From IMG/VR virus record IMGVR_UViG_3300031519_000002: a stretch of DNA of 64,000 nucleotides, one strand, 5' to 3'. The notes beneath the pieces are model-generated. The model had not been told where the DNA came from, made no database searches, and saw nothing but the letters and a program-made list of their open reading frames with translations. Within the stretch, counting starts at the first letter, position 1. Every line of letters starts with the position of its first letter. This document shows positions 20,101 through 28,731 of the stretch, one piece after another. This DNA is from a virus. The translations under genes were made by a program, and so were the position numbers.

Positions 20101-21227
20101 GCAATCGATGCAAATGGTCCACCTGGGTTTGTGCCTGTGTTAGTGTCAGCACCGTTATTACTACTAACATATATAATACCAACGTTTTTTGTTAATTCAA
20201 TACCTTGATAAACTAGCCCATTTGCTTTTATGCTGTCTGCAATTAACTCCGTGACAGCAATTTTAAATCGCTTGTTAGGCCCAGTACTATCATCGTCTTT
20301 ACCAATGTGAAATCTATCACTATCATCTGGTATTAAATCATTTTTAAATTCTGCTAAGAAACTTGCAGTGTCAGTACTATCGTCACCAATAGTAATCGAT
20401 CCGCCGCTGTATGTAATATTTCCAGTAGCATGTACATTACCTGTTACTGTTAGTGTATCGCCAGTTTCTAATTGAAGTCGTCTAGGAGCTGATGTAGGAT
20501 AATATTTTTCGATATATGCTTTAAATGCTGTTGTGTTTGCATGGTCTGCTAATGTTGAAGATGCAGGGTATGCAACTCCACCAACAAATGCTGTATTCAT
20601 TGTTCCTAGTTTAAGAACGTCATCTGCTTGTATATCACCGTCACCGTCAAAGTCTAATGCCGCAAGCTCTTCTGCGTTCCAGTTGCCTGATTGTGATAAT
20701 GATAATGCGTAATCATACAACCTATTCATGTCATTAGGAGTACTACTTGCGCTAGTTATTGGTCCTGGGCTCCAGTAATTACCGTAGTTGCTGTTTAATT
20801 CCCAGGCTACAGTTTGTCCGTCGAGCACTTCTGATCGCAGGCCAATGCCGCCGTTAGTTTGCAATGCTATAATGCCGTCGCCTTTAATTGCAAAATTATT
20901 ACTGCCAATTCCGGTAGTAGTAATATACCCTTCAGCATGTGTAGATTTTATAGTTACATCGCCACTTGCTTGACTTATACCAGTAGTTGCTAGTGTAATA
21001 TCACCAACTTTAAAACTATTGCCAAAGACAATATCAGGATCACTATTACCTGATGCTGTACGTAACGTACCTGCGATTGTTAAATTTCTAGGAGTAGTAG
21101 TTGTGTTAATACCAAGAGTGTTATCTCTTTTTACAACTAAGAGGTCTGTGTCAAACGCAAGGTCTGCAAGTTCTCTTTGTAAATTGTCTTGTAATAACTG
21201 TCCACCAATGCGGGCGACTTGTGCCAT
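17178..21227 (-). CDS. fibre-like structural protein, paralog of 13322..17038 with different inserted domains
   Basis: 1349 aa; shared N-terminus (RIxGxLLxxNLxR...DLAFxTDLL), shared YIYPGQYQEAFPLTV and DPRGFASGDAGKG blocks. Confidence 0.75.
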   Translation of the reverse strand: MAQVARIGGQLLQDNLQRELADLAFDTDLLVVKRDNTLGINTTTTPRNLTIAGTLRTASGNSDPDIVFGNSFKVGDITLATTGISQASGDVTIKSTHAEGYITTTGIGSNNFAIKGDGIIALQTNGGIGLRSEVLDGQTVAWELNSNYGNYWSPGPITSASSTPNDMNRLYDYALSLSQSGNWNAEELAALDFDGDGDIQADDVLKLGTMNTAFVGGVAYPASSTLADHANTTAFKAYIEKYYPTSAPRRLQLETGDTLTVTGNVHATGNITYSGGSITIGDDSTDTASFLAEFKNDLIPDDSDRFHIGKDDDSTGPNKRFKIAVTELIADSIKANGLVYQGIELTKNVGIIYVSSNNGADTNTGTNPGGPFASIAKALTLAGDGDLIYIYPGQYQEAFPLTVAKGVTIQGDSIRGVEISPTSATQSNDAFLVNSDVTIENLTIKDFYYNSGANTGYGFRLVTNFTTTIFEQEPGRSPYIRNVTVLTKGTTTSASDPRGFASGDAGKGALVDGAVVNQNSISASMLFHSCTFITPGVDALTITNGVRVEWLNSFTYFANRGIYISQGSGRTAKDGTTVYGAELRTIASANVYGNKGIEADGASCLAYMVNHNFAYIGAGKSVTNDNTLAIQANEVVELNSAKVYFTGQDHKGNFRIGDNFHVDLENERTSFDIESIFANNSQVQIRNGNDVVTINPGTVNLDNIVINGNILQTTRSEINFNSAGNIVFQGNVFAPSVELSGNLSVSGAVSAIGDNSNDTVDFNTNISQNFEPGSTEGLVLGTATHRWKELNATTAVINSISISSQLISTNESNADLYITALGTGKVRVSNIELEDNKIIGKFSPSGVFVVNDYELSTPTIFNGYSSFKTQLPRYTTVFGIPVLGTATVSDNAIKHAANMLASYLDNNFDGVVENTALLNTFADGLYGIVVYANSTEKTSLASTFGSFAINRTFAVYESEMNNFLGDGASSNRDLASEKILKTMLIPRISGLYSALSTTRSSTLTTALDTARGGYQGGGQAGYNYPAFAWYTDPTGLSYNDLVYEYLYLLTATMAGSLTWRSATIGSLWDPYTSVLLDDADPTGLSIANTASYYLPIANSPSIDYWTSVTNNLGGTKRDVNFAPTENLSISANKDLRIPKGTTAQRPAIQAGLRYNNTFDTFEGLEVAGAISLAGIYDTDRNTYLDLSNNQFNFTTNNVTNHTLNGTLLESNGFSSGGKFSIDGAIVSADDANGNSILRSNGTGHTVINTLKFRDGELLNNTSSNFIINLTNPSGTSFLKIENTSGMVVPQGNTAARPGSPEVGHTRYNTQVQYVETWNGTAWINAAGEVESIESSDVEDLAYVFNLILD

Positions 21228-21252
21228 GTGAATCCCTCTCTAATATTAATAC

Positions 21253-21260
21253 TATTTATA
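21253..21260 (-). promoter_or_regulatory. T4-type late promoter
   Basis: Perfect TATAAATA upstream of 17178..21227. NNTAAATA variants also occur at 2124, 7021, 23838, 27809, 28729, 34851 (minus) and 43970, 47663, 48139 (plus), each just upstream of a structural gene. Confidence 0.8.
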
Positions 21261-21264
21261 GGAA

Positions 21265-21768
21265 TTACTTGTCGAAGTTATGTAGTACTTGTACTGGTTT
21301 TCCTGTAGGAACTGCTGAACCAAACACAATGTACCAACCAGTAGCATAACCTGTAGGATTTTGTTCTAACACATAGTTAGTAGTTGCTAGTTGAAATACG
21401 TTTTCGATTGTAACTAATATATTGTTTTGTGAAACAGGTACAGGATAATACGAATCACCAGAGTTAAGTGGACCAAACTTAGTTTCAGATCCGTCGCCGT
21501 TACCTAAATTCTGTTGTACAATAACAGTTGGTTCTCTAAATCTAATTGGTTTCCATGCACTATTCTGATAAACTTCAAAGTCACTAGTATCGGAATTATA
21601 ACGTAGCATGCCCTCAACACCTGTAGCAGGTCTTTGATTCTGTGTTCCTTTAGGAACAATAACAGCCTTGTTTGTATTAACACTAACTAATCCAAGTGTA
21701 TCAACGTTAATACCCTTAGTGTCGGAGTTAATTCCCCTCGATGTAGTTTGTGCTTTAATAAATCTCAT
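21265..21768 (-). CDS. small structural protein
   Basis: 167 aa with VPKGTQNQRP...GMLRYNS module. Confidence 0.6.
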   Translation of the reverse strand: MRFIKAQTTSRGINSDTKGINVDTLGLVSVNTNKAVIVPKGTQNQRPATGVEGMLRYNSDTSDFEVYQNSAWKPIRFREPTVIVQQNLGNGDGSETKFGPLNSGDSYYPVPVSQNNILVTIENVFQLATTNYVLEQNPTGYATGWYIVFGSAVPTGKPVQVLHNFDK

Positions 21769-22113
21769 TTATACTTCCAAATAACTAATTGTTGCAACTA
21801 AGTTTGCAGGTGATTGGCTTGCTGTTATAATTTTGTCGCCTGCTTCTAGTACAAGTTTTTCTGTGTCAAAGGTAAAAGTGTCACCGCCTGCAATTTTAAG
21901 ATTGTTTAAAATTTGGTTTGCGTTTGGATCTGAATTACCTTTTGTTTGTCCAGATGGTACTACGTGCAAATCTAATTGCGTATCGTTAGTTCCGCCTGTG
22001 TCTTCTGGTTGCGTATTACATACTAAAATAGTTGTAATTGCATATCGCTTGGATGCAGGCACCGTTAGTAGTGTTTTGTCTGCAATCGATATTTGTCCGT
22101 TTATAATAGCCAT
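21769..22113 (-). CDS. small virion protein, paralog family with 1776..2102
   Basis: 114 aa, LLTVPA...ILVCN, EKLVLEAGD pattern. Confidence 0.65.
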   Translation of the reverse strand: MAIINGQISIADKTLLTVPASKRYAITTILVCNTQPEDTGGTNDTQLDLHVVPSGQTKGNSDPNANQILNNLKIAGGDTFTFDTEKLVLEAGDKIITASQSPANLVATISYLEV

Positions 22114-22125
22114 ATTTCTCTTTCC

Positions 22126-23076
22126 TTAAAATAACATACTAAACATTAGTGATCTGTTAGTACTTATTAACTCGTCTTCGTAGTTGTTCTTATTTGTATA
22201 ATATACTCCGGAGTTACCAAAGCCTGGATCTTTTCCGTATACTACTATATTATCTCCTGGAGTAAACGATGTAGCGTCACTCTGGATTGGCATTTTTAAA
22301 ACACCATCGATAACAACAAATGAAGTTCCCGAACTACTCAGTGTTAAGTCTGTTGCACTAGTTACTGTGGATATTGTGTTATTTTCAAATACAATGTCTT
22401 CTATTTCAGTGCTTCCGCGTTTAAATAACGCAACTTCAGTTCCGTCAATTGACACTCTAAACGCACTAACGCCCGCATCTAATCCCGAATCATACAAGTT
22501 AAGTGCAGAATCTCCACGTTGAATACTTTGAATAGTAATTGTTTGAATACCAGTTGTAACTGTGTCGTCTACATACTTTTTATTTGGAATGTCATCGTCG
22601 TCTGTTACTTGATTTTCATAGTCAGCTGTACCACTTACGCTAATTACACCCGTTCCTGAGTTAATTAAAAATAAGTCGCCGCCTGCTGTTGTAATGGCGT
22701 TTGTACGTAATCCAATAATAGCATTGTCTGCTGTTTTTAAAACAAACGTACCTGGTTTAACAGTCTGCGTAATAGGATCGTTAAAAGAAATATCTTCATC
22801 AAATACAAGTAATGCATCTGTAAGACTTCCTCTATCAATTTGAATTCCTGCTTGATTTAAGGTAACGCCTGCGCCGGATTCATTTTTATTTAATGTAATA
22901 ATATTATCAACTAGATCTAACTGTTGGGAGCTAACTGTAGTAGTTTCTCCGTTTATCTGTAGATCGCCGGTTATAACAACCGTGCCAGCTTGTGCTCCAG
23001 TGTCAAGTGTAATTGTATTACCGCTTGCTACTCTAGCTACATAGTTTCCTGTATTAACATTTAAAATCTTTGACAT
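22126..23076 (-). CDS. putative structural protein (fibre/collar-like)
   Basis: 316 aa beta-rich ORF in late operon. Confidence 0.55.
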   Translation of the reverse strand: MSKILNVNTGNYVARVASGNTITLDTGAQAGTVVITGDLQINGETTTVSSQQLDLVDNIITLNKNESGAGVTLNQAGIQIDRGSLTDALLVFDEDISFNDPITQTVKPGTFVLKTADNAIIGLRTNAITTAGGDLFLINSGTGVISVSGTADYENQVTDDDDIPNKKYVDDTVTTGIQTITIQSIQRGDSALNLYDSGLDAGVSAFRVSIDGTEVALFKRGSTEIEDIVFENNTISTVTSATDLTLSSSGTSFVVIDGVLKMPIQSDATSFTPGDNIVVYGKDPGFGNSGVYYTNKNNYEDELISTNRSLMFSMLF

Positions 23077-23093
23077 TTATAATTTCCTTAAAC

Positions 23094-23120
23094 TGTTGTG
23101 GGGAACTTGCCCCCACAACA
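23094..23120 (-). terminator. strong intergenic hairpin (weak terminator or mRNA-stabilising stem)
   Basis: 10-bp stem TGTTGTGGGG/CCCCACAACA; only GTTT follows on the minus strand. Confidence 0.5.
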
Positions 23121-23133
23121 TTCTTATCTTAAA

Positions 23134-23751
23134 TTAAGATGCTTGTGCGTCAACTACAACACCACCAGTTTCAGTAGCCGCTTTAGTTGCGACACCAACA
23201 CTACCGTATGTAGTAAATCCACTACCGTCTACGCCTGATAATTCAAATGTGTTAGTTGCTTTGTTTGCTACTGTGTATGCAGTTTCAATGTTAAGCTCTA
23301 CCATTCCAACTACACCGCGGATAGATACTTTATCTCCGTTGCTGAAGCCGTGTCCTGTTGCTGTAATAACAACTGGATCTGCCGCCGTAGCACCTGAAAT
23401 AACTTTTTCAACTGCGGCCGAAGTACCTGTAGCTGTTCTTGCCCACTTGTGATTAGATGCACCTTCAAGTTGCATTTTTCTGTTCATTAGTTTAGTAACT
23501 TGCTTAGTAACACCGTCACTGTCAGTTACGTTAATGCAGAATTCACCAGCGCCTAATCCGCCAATTGATTTGTTAACTAGTGTAACAGTTTCTGTTTTAG
23601 ATCCATCAGTTACAATAAATTTGTTTGTTGATCTTTGTGACACAATATGTGACTCAGTAGTAATTTCCCCGCCAGCCGCAAATTTAACTGCTGTTACTTG
23701 AATTTTACCTGCTCCATCACCGATGTGCTTTTTATTAATTGGTCTTCCCAT
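23134..23751 (-). CDS. putative head decoration/structural protein with FCCH-like beta domain
   Basis: Likely start is MGRPINK at 23751 (AAGGAG upstream), not 23802; ISGATAADPVVITATGHGFSNGDKVSI motif; directly downstream of capsid gene. Confidence 0.6.
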   Translation of the reverse strand: MGRPINKKHIGDGAGKIQVTAVKFAAGGEITTESHIVSQRSTNKFIVTDGSKTETVTLVNKSIGGLGAGEFCINVTDSDGVTKQVTKLMNRKMQLEGASNHKWARTATGTSAAVEKVISGATAADPVVITATGHGFSNGDKVSIRGVVGMVELNIETAYTVANKATNTFELSGVDGSGFTTYGSVGVATKAATETGGVVVDAQAS

Positions 23752-23837
23752 TTGTTTTCTCCTTATGTAAGACGTTCTAGGTCTACGCTGTGGGTACAGC
23801 ATAAGTCCTCATCATTGAGGTTCTCTCTATGACAATG
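23752..23837 (-). ncRNA. candidate structured 5' leader RNA
   Basis: Hairpins CCTCA-ATGA-TGAGG and TTATGCTGT-ACCC-ACAGCGTAG between late promoter and Shine-Dalgarno. Confidence 0.45.
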
Positions 23838-23862
23838 TATTTATCAAAGTGGAACTCAAGTC

Positions 23863-23893
23863 AAAAAAATAGGCCCCCTAAAGGGCCTATTTT
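23863..23893 (-). terminator. rho-independent terminator after major capsid gene
   Basis: AAAATAGGCCC-TTTAGG-GGGCCTATTTTTTT on minus strand. Confidence 0.9.
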
Positions 23894-23917
23894 AATTTCT
23901 ATCTACTAAGAAACAAC

Positions 23918-25081
23918 TTAGCTGAATGTTACGTTGGAAATACTTACTCTTCCAAGGTAGTCAGCCGCGTTACCAAGTGAACTAGCAACGTTTGATAATT
24001 CAACGTAGCCGTAACGTGTCATGAACGATACAACAGGCTCAAATGTGCCTGGATCCAATACAACACCACTTGACATTAGTGGAATATAAGGAGCGTAGAA
24101 CGCTGGTGCGTCTGATTCGCTTGATCCTTTAAATCCAACTAGTACGTCAGTTGCGTCTGAAGCATATGCGTCAACGTATACTTTCATTGCACCGTTTAAA
24201 GTACCAACCATTTTAGTGTTAGTTGGAGCTTCAAAAGTACCTTCAGTTGTACGTGCAAATGCACTTGTTGTTGCAGACTGTAGGATAGTTAATGCAAATG
24301 GTGAAACCACTGCATAGTTACCTGCACCGCGACGTGTACGTGCCGCAATCTTGTTAGCAACTCTGTTGATCATAACAGCTAATGCCGCATGCTCATCACC
24401 AACAAAAGTAGCAGTGCCACTTACGCCAGCTTGGTCGAATTGCACGTCTGATTCTGCAGAGCCAGCTAAACTACGTAAAGAAGCTAAGATTTCTTGGTCG
24501 ATTTCAGCAGTAATTTCTTGTGCTAATGCCGCCATGATTTCAGCTTCGATGTCGATGCCTTGCTGTGCTTGTGCATCTTGAGCCGCTTCAAATGTCCAAC
24601 GAGCACTTAACTTACGTGTCTTCGCTTCCACTGTCTGCTTCAAGATTTGAATTGACAAACGCTTGCCTGCCGCACCTTCAAGTGTTGCTGTTGCATCTGC
24701 TTTGTCGGTAGAACCGCCGCCACTGTAGCCAACACCAATTTTGAACGGTGATAGTGCTTCTTCGCCTGCAACTACATCATCTAATGTATCCGCATAACGA
24801 ACTCTTAATGTGTGGATCTGACCCACGGGACCTGTCATAGGCTGTACACCAACTAATTCGTTGGCAATAACAGTCGGCATAACACGTCTGATTACTGGTA
24901 GGATAACTCTGTTAAGAGTTGCAACATTACCTGCTGAAGATGCACCCGCTGTAGCTGTCTCTGCTAAATACCTTTTGGTATTCTCAAGAGTCACGCCCAT
25001 TACGGCTTTCTTATTGCCTGTTAGGCCTTCAAGAAGTGCAGTCTTTGTATCCTGCCAGCGACTTTCTAATAGTTCTGACAT
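23918..25081 (-). CDS. gp23: major capsid protein, T4 gp23 family
   Basis: RRVMPTVIANELVGVQPMTGPVGQI, TRKLSARWTFEAAQD, EIMAALAQEITAEIDQE, FYAPYIPL, MTRYG motifs. Confidence 0.97.
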   Translation of the reverse strand: MSELLESRWQDTKTALLEGLTGNKKAVMGVTLENTKRYLAETATAGASSAGNVATLNRVILPVIRRVMPTVIANELVGVQPMTGPVGQIHTLRVRYADTLDDVVAGEEALSPFKIGVGYSGGGSTDKADATATLEGAAGKRLSIQILKQTVEAKTRKLSARWTFEAAQDAQAQQGIDIEAEIMAALAQEITAEIDQEILASLRSLAGSAESDVQFDQAGVSGTATFVGDEHAALAVMINRVANKIAARTRRGAGNYAVVSPFALTILQSATTSAFARTTEGTFEAPTNTKMVGTLNGAMKVYVDAYASDATDVLVGFKGSSESDAPAFYAPYIPLMSSGVVLDPGTFEPVVSFMTRYGYVELSNVASSLGNAADYLGRVSISNVTFS

Positions 25082-25091
25082 TTCATTCTCC

Positions 25092-26195
25092 TTATTTCAA
25101 TCCTGCAAGGCGTCTAATATCAACTACGTTATCCGTAGCTAATGGGCTTGCATCTATGTCATTTGTTTGTTTATTGCCTGTGATTTGTGTGCCTTCAGTA
25201 AGTGTTGTTGCCTTGGTCTTCTTCGCTGGAGTGCTTCCTGCAATTACGCTAGGCATGTACTTATCGAACGACTTTTGTAGTCTATCGGTTTGTACAGATT
25301 CCAGCAAGTCCGCCATGATATCTCTTTGACCTTCGTTTAAAGGTGAAAGTAATTCATTCATAGTTTCCTTACGTACCGCGCTGTTAGTAGCTTGTTTAAT
25401 TTCAGCATTTTTGCTTTCAACTAGACTTACTGCCTGTCCTGCGATCTTTTTAGCTTCAGCTAATTGTTTATCTTTCAACCCAACTACTTTAAGTAGTTTT
25501 GCAGATTCAGATTTTTCATTAAGATAGCTGTTAGTATATTCTGATGCAAAAGATTCAAAAATCTTACGTCCAAAATCATTCTTACGTGCTGTATCAATGT
25601 CCTCTTTAAGTTGAGTCATTTCTTTGTTAAGACCTTTCTCAACTGTCTCTGCAACAATCTTTGTTGCGTCTGTGATAAACTTAGTTTTAACTTTAGCTAG
25701 ATGTGTTTTAGCTTCACGTACAAGTTTTACCTTGGTTTCAGCTAAATCTTTCTTATCTTCGTAAAACTCTGCAATTTCTTTTGATAATCCATCAATAACA
25801 AAATTCTCAAGTTTGGAAAATTTACTTGCCATAGCTTTCTGATCTTCGTGTAGCTCGCCAATTTCTTTGCCCAACTGTTGCGTCACAAATTTTTGCATTA
25901 GTCCTGCGTTTTCACGCATTGCTACTGCATATTTTGCTCTTGCTTCAGCTAGTTTTTGACGGTCATCTGCGAATTCAGTAATCTCTTCGCCGAGTTTTTC
26001 TTCTAACATTGTATCAATAGCTTCCACCATTGATGCTTTGTCATGCTCATATTTCTGAGCGAACTCTTCGCGAAGTTCAGCAGTAGCTTGCATACGATTC
26101 TCTTGAATCTTCTGCTCCCAAGCTCCTTCGATTTCTGCTCTGATTTCTTCTGAAACAACATTGTTTTCAAAGAGTGTCTTCAGTGCATCTAACAT
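25092..26195 (-). CDS. gp22: prohead core/scaffold protein (gp22-like)
   Basis: 367 aa coiled-coil, E/K-rich, between protease and capsid genes as in T4. Confidence 0.8.
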   Translation of the reverse strand: MLDALKTLFENNVVSEEIRAEIEGAWEQKIQENRMQATAELREEFAQKYEHDKASMVEAIDTMLEEKLGEEITEFADDRQKLAEARAKYAVAMRENAGLMQKFVTQQLGKEIGELHEDQKAMASKFSKLENFVIDGLSKEIAEFYEDKKDLAETKVKLVREAKTHLAKVKTKFITDATKIVAETVEKGLNKEMTQLKEDIDTARKNDFGRKIFESFASEYTNSYLNEKSESAKLLKVVGLKDKQLAEAKKIAGQAVSLVESKNAEIKQATNSAVRKETMNELLSPLNEGQRDIMADLLESVQTDRLQKSFDKYMPSVIAGSTPAKKTKATTLTEGTQITGNKQTNDIDASPLATDNVVDIRRLAGLK

Positions 26196-26208
26196 TCTTT
26201 TCTCCTTG

Positions 26209-26850
26209 TTAGCGGAGACCGCTGATAATATTCACCAACGATTCCTTTAGGTATTTCTGTGCCTTTGCATCGCCCTGTAATTCTTGAGCCATATTGATTG
26301 CCTTATACCCACCACGAGTATTCATTAAGTGTTCGTAAATTGGAGTTGGGTACGCTCCAGGAGCACTTGGTTGGGCAACGGCGTCAACTGTAATAATTTC
26401 AAATTCGCTGACCTCGCCACTTCCATCGTCTTTCACATTTCCTGAACCCCTAGATGAAACACCTAGTTTAACGTTGCTCTCAAGCATTGTTTTAACTAGC
26501 TGTCCCATCGGAGTTGGAATTACTTTCAACTTACCATAACCATTTGGGCCATCCATCCACATTTCTGTAATCATATGACTTACACGGTCAAGGTTAATAT
26601 TAAGGCCTTCAGGATGATCAACTTCACCTAGTACACTATATCCACCTTTGATTTGATCGTTGAGCGTGTTGACAGCTCTACTAATCTCACTTACAGGATA
26701 AACACGTTGGTTGGCGTTACGAACACCTCCCTGAATGCAAATACCCTTGAGATACAAGTCTTTTCCACCTGCATCATTTTCAGTAGTCTCGACGACCATC
26801 TTTGCCTGGTCGAATGATAGTGTTTCAGTTAAATTAAACATCTTATTCAT
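26209..26850 (-). CDS. gp21: prohead maturation protease
   Basis: NANQRVYP, LGEVDHP, RVSHMIT, LGVSSRGSG, DAVAQPSAPGAY motifs. Confidence 0.95.
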   Translation of the reverse strand: MNKMFNLTETLSFDQAKMVVETTENDAGGKDLYLKGICIQGGVRNANQRVYPVSEISRAVNTLNDQIKGGYSVLGEVDHPEGLNINLDRVSHMITEMWMDGPNGYGKLKVIPTPMGQLVKTMLESNVKLGVSSRGSGNVKDDGSGEVSEFEIITVDAVAQPSAPGAYPTPIYEHLMNTRGGYKAINMAQELQGDAKAQKYLKESLVNIISGLR

Positions 26851-26862
26851 CTGAGTTCCTTA

Positions 26863-27765
26863 TTACTTGCCAACAACACTTTTAGTGTTAGCGGCCTTTT
26901 CACCTGTAGCAGGTGCTTTAGCGTTTGACATTGACTTAGAAGCTTTTCCGCCTGGTACGTTTACGTTCCCTGCATTATCTTCTTTAGCTGACATTGCTGA
27001 GCCTGCTTCACTACCTGTACCGCCTTTTGCGATATTAGCAGTTGTGCCACCCATGTCATTTTTGCTTGCAACTGGTGATGTAGCTTTGTTATCTTCACCT
27101 GTTGGTGCTGATACTTTTTCTACGTACTCACGCATTTGTTCGCCTTCAGTCTTTGTACCTTCATAAGCCGGTACTTCATCGCTAAGTTCGGAAGTTTCAT
27201 AAGACTCTTCCTGCTCATCTTCATCACCTTCTTCATCATCCATATCCATGTCAGCTTCGTCGTCGCCAGCTTCTTCGCTGTCGTCTTCACCGCTCATCAT
27301 TTTTTCAAATTCTGCTTTAAGGTCATCAAGTGCATCTTCTAGGTCAACTACACGATCTTCAACATCTGCATCGTCCATTTCGTCGCCCATATCCATTTCA
27401 TCGCCATTAGCTTCAATGTCATCGATAAAGTCATCTGCTTTGTCGCCGCCCATTGGGTCTGCTTCTGGTGTGAATTCTCCGAAGTTTTCTTCAACTTCTT
27501 CGTCGGTAGTTTCGTCAAGATCTTCGTCATCTGAAGCTTCATCAACTTCTTCGTCAGTTGCTTCATCTACTTCTTCATCTGTAGTTTCATCAACTTCTTC
27601 GTCAGTTGCTTCGTCTACTTCAAGATCTTCTAAATCTGTTTCTAGCATCTTTTCGTAGATACCACGTGATTTTTCAATCACAAATTCGTGGAAAAGCTCA
27701 TCGGCTCCCGCACGATCGTTATTAACTAATTTTTCAAGCATTTGCTCGAGTTTGTTATCCGCCAT
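26863..27765 (-). CDS. highly acidic prohead core protein (gp67/gp68-like position)
   Basis: 300 aa, D/E-rich with tandem DEEVDE(A/T)T repeats; upstream of gp21. Confidence 0.7.
   Translation of the reverse strand: MADNKLEQMLEKLVNNDRAGADELFHEFVIEKSRGIYEKMLETDLEDLEVDEATDEEVDETTDEEVDEATDEEVDEASDDEDLDETTDEEVEENFGEFTPEADPMGGDKADDFIDDIEANGDEMDMGDEMDDADVEDRVVDLEDALDDLKAEFEKMMSGEDDSEEAGDDEADMDMDDEEGDEDEQEESYETSELSDEVPAYEGTKTEGEQMREYVEKVSAPTGEDNKATSPVASKNDMGGTTANIAKGGTGSEAGSAMSAKEDNAGNVNVPGGKASKSMSNAKAPATGEKAANTKSVVGK
27485..27625 (-). repeat. 24-bp coding tandem repeat (about 5 degenerate copies)
   Basis: Encodes EVDEATDEEVDETTDEEVDEATDEEVDEASDDEDLDETTDEEVEE. Confidence 0.8.
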
Positions 27766-27875
27766 TTGTTCTCTCCTATAATTTAAGTTTCGTAAGGCTG
27801 TCTAATATTATTTACATAATGATTAGAAAATACACGGTAAACGGCCTCATTACGAGTCGTTTTGAAATAAACCGT

Positions 27876-28475
27876 CTAAAAATCATAATATCTTTTAAAT
27901 TCGCTAACTGTTATGTGTGACAAATTCGTACATTTTTTTAATTGCTTAGGTACAAAGTCGTCGTTATCTGATACTATTCTAATAAATTTCTTGCCTTGAT
28001 GTGCATCACAAGTTGATGCTGTTTGCCTTTCCCAGTTACCAAAATAAGTTGCAGGCTCACCTTGTTTTTTATAATTGTGTGTTCCTGCGTATAAGTTATT
28101 TACCTTTGTGCGGTTCCCCACATCGTCCTTTGTGCCATGAAAGTCAAAACCTAAGATGTATATAGTATCATGTGCGTGTGTACTTGCTAACCATAATGCT
28201 GTAGGACCACTGCTCCATCCTTTTGCTGGTTGAAAAAAATTAAATCCTTGCATGCCACTGTATTGCTTATTTGGATTTGTCCATACTGGATGATTCATCT
28301 GATACTTAGCATGGTTAATTTCTAAAATCATCTTTACATCTACAGCAACCAAGTAGTCAGGCTCAAATGTACGAAATACTGCATTACATGCATATACTTT
28401 TCCGTATTTTTTTAAAGAGTGCAGTTCAAGGTCTTTACGGCTAGTGCCATTACCTATTACGAAAGCAACGGTCAT
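27876..28475 (-). CDS. DUF115/MptE/Maf-like nucleotide-sugar transferase-fold protein
   Basis: AFVIGNGTSR, YACNA, PDYLVAVD, SSGPTA, IYILGFD motifs, typical of the Maf/CstII-like Rossmann fold. Confidence 0.7.
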   Translation of the reverse strand: MTVAFVIGNGTSRKDLELHSLKKYGKVYACNAVFRTFEPDYLVAVDVKMILEINHAKYQMNHPVWTNPNKQYSGMQGFNFFQPAKGWSSGPTALWLASTHAHDTIYILGFDFHGTKDDVGNRTKVNNLYAGTHNYKKQGEPATYFGNWERQTASTCDAHQGKKFIRIVSDNDDFVPKQLKKCTNLSHITVSEFKRYYDF

Positions 28476-28483
28476 TTAAAATC

Positions 28484-28723
28484 CTATATTTCAGGCTGTG
28501 CTTGGATACCATACATTTGGCGTACAAATGATAATTCTTTTTGTTTCTCTTCGGCGTGCATTTCTGAACCCCTACGTGCTTTATTGATCTGTTTTAATGT
28601 AAGCCGTGTTTTACGTGTGTCGTCACGATTAACAATGCTCTTGTCATCAGTAGCATCGTAGGACTTGTCCTCAGTAGGCTCAAGTGTTTCTTTATCAAAA
28701 TAAAATAGTTCACGTAGTATCAT
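28484..28723 (-). CDS. small head-operon protein
   Basis: 79 aa, DTRKTRLTLKQINKAR; directly downstream of portal. Confidence 0.7.
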   Translation of the reverse strand: MILRELFYFDKETLEPTEDKSYDATDDKSIVNRDDTRKTRLTLKQINKARRGSEMHAEEKQKELSFVRQMYGIQAQPEI

Positions 28724-28731
28724 AATGTTAT

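Noticed and set aside
1-21227. Diversity-generating retroelement among paralogous fibre genes
   Set aside because: No reverse transcriptase and no template/variable repeat pair differing only at adenines
23800-23822. Hammerhead ribozyme (ATGATGAG resembles CUGAUGAG)
   Set aside because: Core lacks the conserved CUGA and a correctly placed GAAA; the bases form a simple hairpin
27834-27875. Irregular hairpin after the DUF115-like gene as a separate RNA element
   Set aside because: Short and imperfect; most simply a weak terminator or stabilising stem
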